From a bacterium (GTDB taxonomy: Bacteria; Desulfobacterota; DSWW01): a stretch of DNA of 30,143 nt. The position numbers and the translations under genes are program-made. Positions within the stretch are counted from its first letter, which is position 1. Each line of letters opens with the position of its first letter. The DNA lies in NCBI GenBank assembly GCA_040756235.1, contig JBFLZG010000117.1, positions 1 through 30,143 of the forward strand, written 5' to 3'. Below, in pieces: positions 26,766 through 30,143 of the stretch. The notes beneath the pieces were generated by a model that was not told the origin of the DNA, ran no database searches, and saw only the letters and a list, made by a program, of their open reading frames with translations.

Positions 26766-28181
26766 TCAAGAAGCCCACCAGCTCGACGCGCGCGGAAGGC
26801 CGTGCTCGCCCGTGAGCAGAGAAACGAGCTCCAGCGCCGAGCTGGCCGCCAGCTCGGTGCCGATCCCGTGGCCTCCGGCTTCCGCGCTGCACAGGTACAG
26901 GCCCCGGACCGGCGTGACCTGGGCGGGCCTGCGGTCGCGGATCTGGTCCACGCTCTGGCCCACGCCGATGATGTTCCCGTCCTCGCCGGCGTAGGCCCTG
27001 ACCAGGTCCGGCGTGTCGAGCCGGTGCCAGAGGACCTTGCCCTGCGCTCCAGGGTAGAGGCGGAAGAAGGCGTCGAGCAGCGCCTCTTCCCAGGGCGCCC
27101 ACTCCTTTCTCCCGGTGCAGGCGGTGCCGAAGAAGATCATCTGGCGCCCCTCGGGGGCGAGCGAAGGATCGTAGTTGGTGGGAGAGGTGATCATCCCGCC
27201 CACCCGTTCCGGCACTTCGCCGGTCTCCAGGGTCCTCTGGGCGACCCGGAAGGCCTCGGAGTAGTCATAGGGGATGTACAGGAGGAGCTGATCGTCGGTG
27301 ATCTTCTCCGCGAGGGCCACCTTGAGCGCCACGGCTGGAAAGGCATAGGTGAGCTTGGAGACGCGCTCCACGCAGGCAGCAGGAAAGTGCTCGGCACCCG
27401 CGAGGGTGAGCACCGTTTCCTTGATGTCCGCATTGCTGATGATGACGGAGCCCAGGATGCGGGTCCCGTCCGACAGCTCCACGCCGCGGGCCCGGCCGGT
27501 CTCGATCAGGATCTTGCGGACCGGGGTCTTCAGGGCCACCTCGCCCCCGCAATCCGTGATGACCTTGGCGTAGGCCCGCGGAATGGCAATGCAGCCGCCC
27601 CTCGGGTAAGCGGAGGACCGGGCCGCGACCACCTCCCTGAAACACCGGATGAACTCTGCGGTCGAGGCCGCACGGGAGGGGATGCAGAAGTACTGCCCGC
27701 AGATCATGTTGATGAAGCCGTGTACCATGGGGTCGCGGGAGAAGAGGTCCACCCAGTCCGAAAGGGGCGTGTACCAGAGCTCTTCCAGCTCCTTCTCCTG
27801 GAGGGAAAACAGGGTCGCGAAGAGCGTGCCGAAGTTCCCCATCTCTGCCTCGGGGACCATCTCCTGCATGGTCTTCCTGGAGTAGCGCTTCACCTCGTCC
27901 CTGTAACGGAGCACCGGTTGCCGGATCGCGACCCACTCGATGGCATCCGGCCTGGCGACCTTGCGGCAGACCTCGCCGAGCGAGCCCCGGTCTCCTACCC
28001 CGAAGAGGTGGACGCCCAGGTCGACGGTGAAGCCGTCCTTCTCGTACGAGGTGCACCTGCCGCCGATCGTCCCGTTCTTGTCCAGGAGCAGGACCTTGCG
28101 GCCCCTGTGGGCCAGGAGCGCGCCGACCGCCGTCCCTCCGATCCCGCCCCCGACGATGACGACATCGTAGCTCGATTCCAT
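26766..28181 (-). CDS. Phytoene-dehydrogenase-like FAD-dependent oxidoreductase
   Basis: YDVVIVGGGIGG, GGRCTSY..GFTVDLGVH, YPRGG, DPSLAPEG, TPVRGLYL. AGGAGG RBS. Confidence 0.85.
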   Translation of the reverse strand: MESSYDVVIVGGGIGGTAVGALLAHRGRKVLLLDKNGTIGGRCTSYEKDGFTVDLGVHLFGVGDRGSLGEVCRKVARPDAIEWVAIRQPVLRYRDEVKRYSRKTMQEMVPEAEMGNFGTLFATLFSLQEKELEELWYTPLSDWVDLFSRDPMVHGFINMICGQYFCIPSRAASTAEFIRCFREVVAARSSAYPRGGCIAIPRAYAKVITDCGGEVALKTPVRKILIETGRARGVELSDGTRILGSVIISNADIKETVLTLAGAEHFPAACVERVSKLTYAFPAVALKVALAEKITDDQLLLYIPYDYSEAFRVAQRTLETGEVPERVGGMITSPTNYDPSLAPEGRQMIFFGTACTGRKEWAPWEEALLDAFFRLYPGAQGKVLWHRLDTPDLVRAYAGEDGNIIGVGQSVDQIRDRRPAQVTPVRGLYLCSAEAGGHGIGTELAASSALELVSLLTGEHGLPRASSWWAS

Positions 28182-28252
28182 CGGCACCTCCCTGGATCGG
28201 CGCTCCGCTGGCGGGCAGCTCTCCGGGCGGCTCCGGCGCGCGCCTCAAGCCT

Positions 28253-28281
28253 TTCCTATACCCCGTGGTTTTCCAAGTCAA
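28253..28281 (-). promoter_or_regulatory. Possible sigma70 promoter for the oxidoreductase-atoE(-gst) genes
   Basis: TTGACT-N17-TAGGAA. Confidence 0.4.
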
Positions 28282-28412
28282 TTTGCGGCGGCAGGAAACC
28301 CGCCGCAGGCACGGACGCCGGCTCGCTGAGGCCGCTCCGGACATCGGGCCGGCCCCTGAAAGACTGGATTTCAGAGGATAGGAGAAATGCGGACGCAGGG
28401 CGCGGCGGAAGG

Positions 28413-28548
28413 AGTTGCCAGTTCCCGGTCATCCGTTGTCAGGCCGCGCCGGCCCCACGGAACCCGGAGGTCTCAGCGCGCTCCGGGCACCCGTGGGCGC
28501 AAGCCGTCCTGACTTCCTCGCTGACAACCGGCAACCGACAACGGACTG
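28413..28548. repeat. Inverted pair of degenerate heptamer tracts
   Basis: AGTTGCC AGTTCCC GGTCATC CGTTGTC AG (28413-28442) faces CTGACAA CCGGCAA CCGACAA CGGACTG (28521-28548). Confidence 0.55.
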
Positions 28549-28594
28549 CCGAGGAAGGACGCAGCACCGCAGACCGGCGTCTGGAGGCGGACCT

Positions 28595-29899
28595 TTATTT
28601 ACAGATCTTCTGGAACCCTGCCAGGGAGAACATGTTCCGGTCCATCACGGCAAACCAGACCGCGATGCTTTCGGGGCTGAGGCCCCTCAGAATGGTCGCG
28701 TGGTCGTAACGGTCGTCCACCGCCACGTAGAATCCTCCCTGGAGAAAGCGCATCTTCTTGTCCGGGCTCTGAAGACTCGTCAGGCCGCCCAGTATGACCG
28801 TCTTCCAGTAAGCTCCGGCACGGTCGTAGATGACCTTGTAGAAAACCAGGTACGGGACCTGCGCGTCGATCCACAGGTACTGCGTCCCATAGTTGTAGTA
28901 AGGGTCCTTGGGCTTGAACTCCAGGATCAGGACATCGCGCTTGACCCAGGGGAGGTTCGTCGGCGCCCAGGGGGCGCCCTGCCAGCCCTCTTTCTGGTAC
29001 CCGTAGACGACGTTCTTGACGCCGCTCGTGGACGCCCACTCGCCCCTCTTGGTCTGGACCAGAGGCTGCGGGTTCTCATCCAGGAAAGGGACGATACCAG
29101 GCTGTCTCTTCACGGGCGCCCACTCGACGGCGCTGATCTTGCCGTCATAGCCGTACGCATCGTCCACGCACATGTCCGTCCCGATGAAGGCGTCCGACCG
29201 ATTCGCCGGGCTCATGCGCCGCACCCTGCGGATCGCAGGAACGAAGCCGTAGGACATGTCCTGCCTGTCGTCCAGGTAGCGCCAGGTCAGGATGTTGGTG
29301 CCGGCGATGTCATAGGGCGCGATCACCTGGACGATGGAGAGTTTTTCGATCCGGTCCGAGTTGCTCTCTTTCTGCGCCCTGTCCCATCCGATCAACGGAT
29401 AAGACAGAAAAGCCGCCTGCACCTCCCGTTCGAACCCGGAACGGCCGATCCAGAGCGCGGTCATGGGAAAAAAATTGTTGCCGAGGGTGTAGGCGTAGCA
29501 CATGCGGTCGTACATCACCATGTTCGCGGCCCGCGGATCGCTCAGATCCACCTCCGGAAAGGGGATCCCCACGATGTGCTCGGGCGTCTTGCCCGTGGCC
29601 GAGTCGACGATGAGGCCGGCCTCGTCCAGCCGGTATTTCCCTTTGTTCAGCTCGAGGGACCTGGTCAGCATCTCCTGCCAGATTTCGTTGGGATCGTAGT
29701 TCAGCTTGGAGATCGTGAGGACGAAGTCGCCCTTCTTTACCCAGCTCAGCACGGATTCCGGAATCAGCCCTTCCACCTTCTCCCAATTCTCCTTGTCCAC
29801 GACGTCTCCGGGCGAAACGTCCGCCGCCTGCGCGGCTGCCACGCCTAGAAGGATTTGCAGGACCGCCACCATCACGCCACCCGCTCCACGCTTCTTCAT
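28595..29899 (-). CDS. DUF1329-family exported protein (LolA-like)
   Basis: Signal peptide ending AAAQA; PGDVVDKENWEK, GIPFP, FVPAIRRVRR, PKDPYYNYG, YDRAGAYWK. Confidence 0.8.
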   Translation of the reverse strand: MKKRGAGGVMVAVLQILLGVAAAQAADVSPGDVVDKENWEKVEGLIPESVLSWVKKGDFVLTISKLNYDPNEIWQEMLTRSLELNKGKYRLDEAGLIVDSATGKTPEHIVGIPFPEVDLSDPRAANMVMYDRMCYAYTLGNNFFPMTALWIGRSGFEREVQAAFLSYPLIGWDRAQKESNSDRIEKLSIVQVIAPYDIAGTNILTWRYLDDRQDMSYGFVPAIRRVRRMSPANRSDAFIGTDMCVDDAYGYDGKISAVEWAPVKRQPGIVPFLDENPQPLVQTKRGEWASTSGVKNVVYGYQKEGWQGAPWAPTNLPWVKRDVLILEFKPKDPYYNYGTQYLWIDAQVPYLVFYKVIYDRAGAYWKTVILGGLTSLQSPDKKMRFLQGGFYVAVDDRYDHATILRGLSPESIAVWFAVMDRNMFSLAGFQKICK

Positions 29900-29967
29900 C
29901 TCGGCATCTCCTCTCCCTGTTGAAAGACTTCGACAGCCAGCGGGAATGCGCCACTCGGTCCCGGGTC

Positions 29968-30141
29968 TCACGCGGCGCTCTGGACCCCGGGAGCTGCGCG
30001 CGCGCTGCGCCCGCGATTCAGCAGCCAATCGCTCAGCAGAAAGGACTGCTTGTAGGCCTGGCATCCGACATAGGTGAGCGCAGCGGAGGGGACCCCCAGG
30101 AGCTTGCGGTCGATCAGGGGATTCTCGGTCAGCTCGGACCT
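29968..30141 (-). CDS. C-terminal 57 aa of a gene truncated by the window edge, function unknown
   Basis: Open frame RSELTENPLIDRKLLGVPSAALTYVGCQAYKQSFLLSDWLLNRG...SAA* with GC-rich third positions, ending 68 nt before the DUF1329 start. Confidence 0.55.
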   Translation of the reverse strand, partial: RSELTENPLIDRKLLGVPSAALTYVGCQAYKQSFLLSDWLLNRGRSARAAPGVQSAA

Positions 30142-30143
30142 CT

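Noticed and set aside
1..30143. CRISPR array, prophage, defence system or intact IS
   Set aside because: No regularly spaced repeats and no cas, phage, integrase or transposase motifs in any ORF.

Overview
A GC-rich bacterial window, plausibly from a deltaproteobacterium-like anaerobe (inferred from gene content), holding about 22 complete metabolic genes plus one partial gene. I found no tRNA, rRNA, CRISPR array or intact transposase. Main modules: (1) a minus-strand Tat-exported, selenocysteine-containing formate dehydrogenase operon (alpha subunit with in-frame UGA and SECIS, Fe-S subunit, NrfD/HybB-type anchor, FdhE); (2) a minus-strand operon of a Tat-lipoprotein ferredoxin, an AOR-family W/Mo oxidoreductase, a small hypothetical protein, an NAD epimerase, a TIM-barrel protein and probably an SDR; (3) dispersed thiol-related genes (GshA, a divergent circularly permuted ATP-grasp-like ligase, GST, OsmC); (4) a hybrid histidine kinase followed by an esterase gene that is bracketed by scrambled copies of the kinase 3' end plus REP palindromes; (5) DUF1329, an FAD oxidoreductase and AtoE. 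Intergenic spaces are rich in REP/MITE-like elements. The most unusual points are an Asp in place of the 4th Cys ligand of the FDH FS0 cluster, an apparent ATA start on the FDH membrane subunit, a lipid-anchored periplasmic AOR module with no membrane subunit, and altered catalytic motifs in the ATP-grasp protein. All family assignments come from motif recognition by eye, not database searches.
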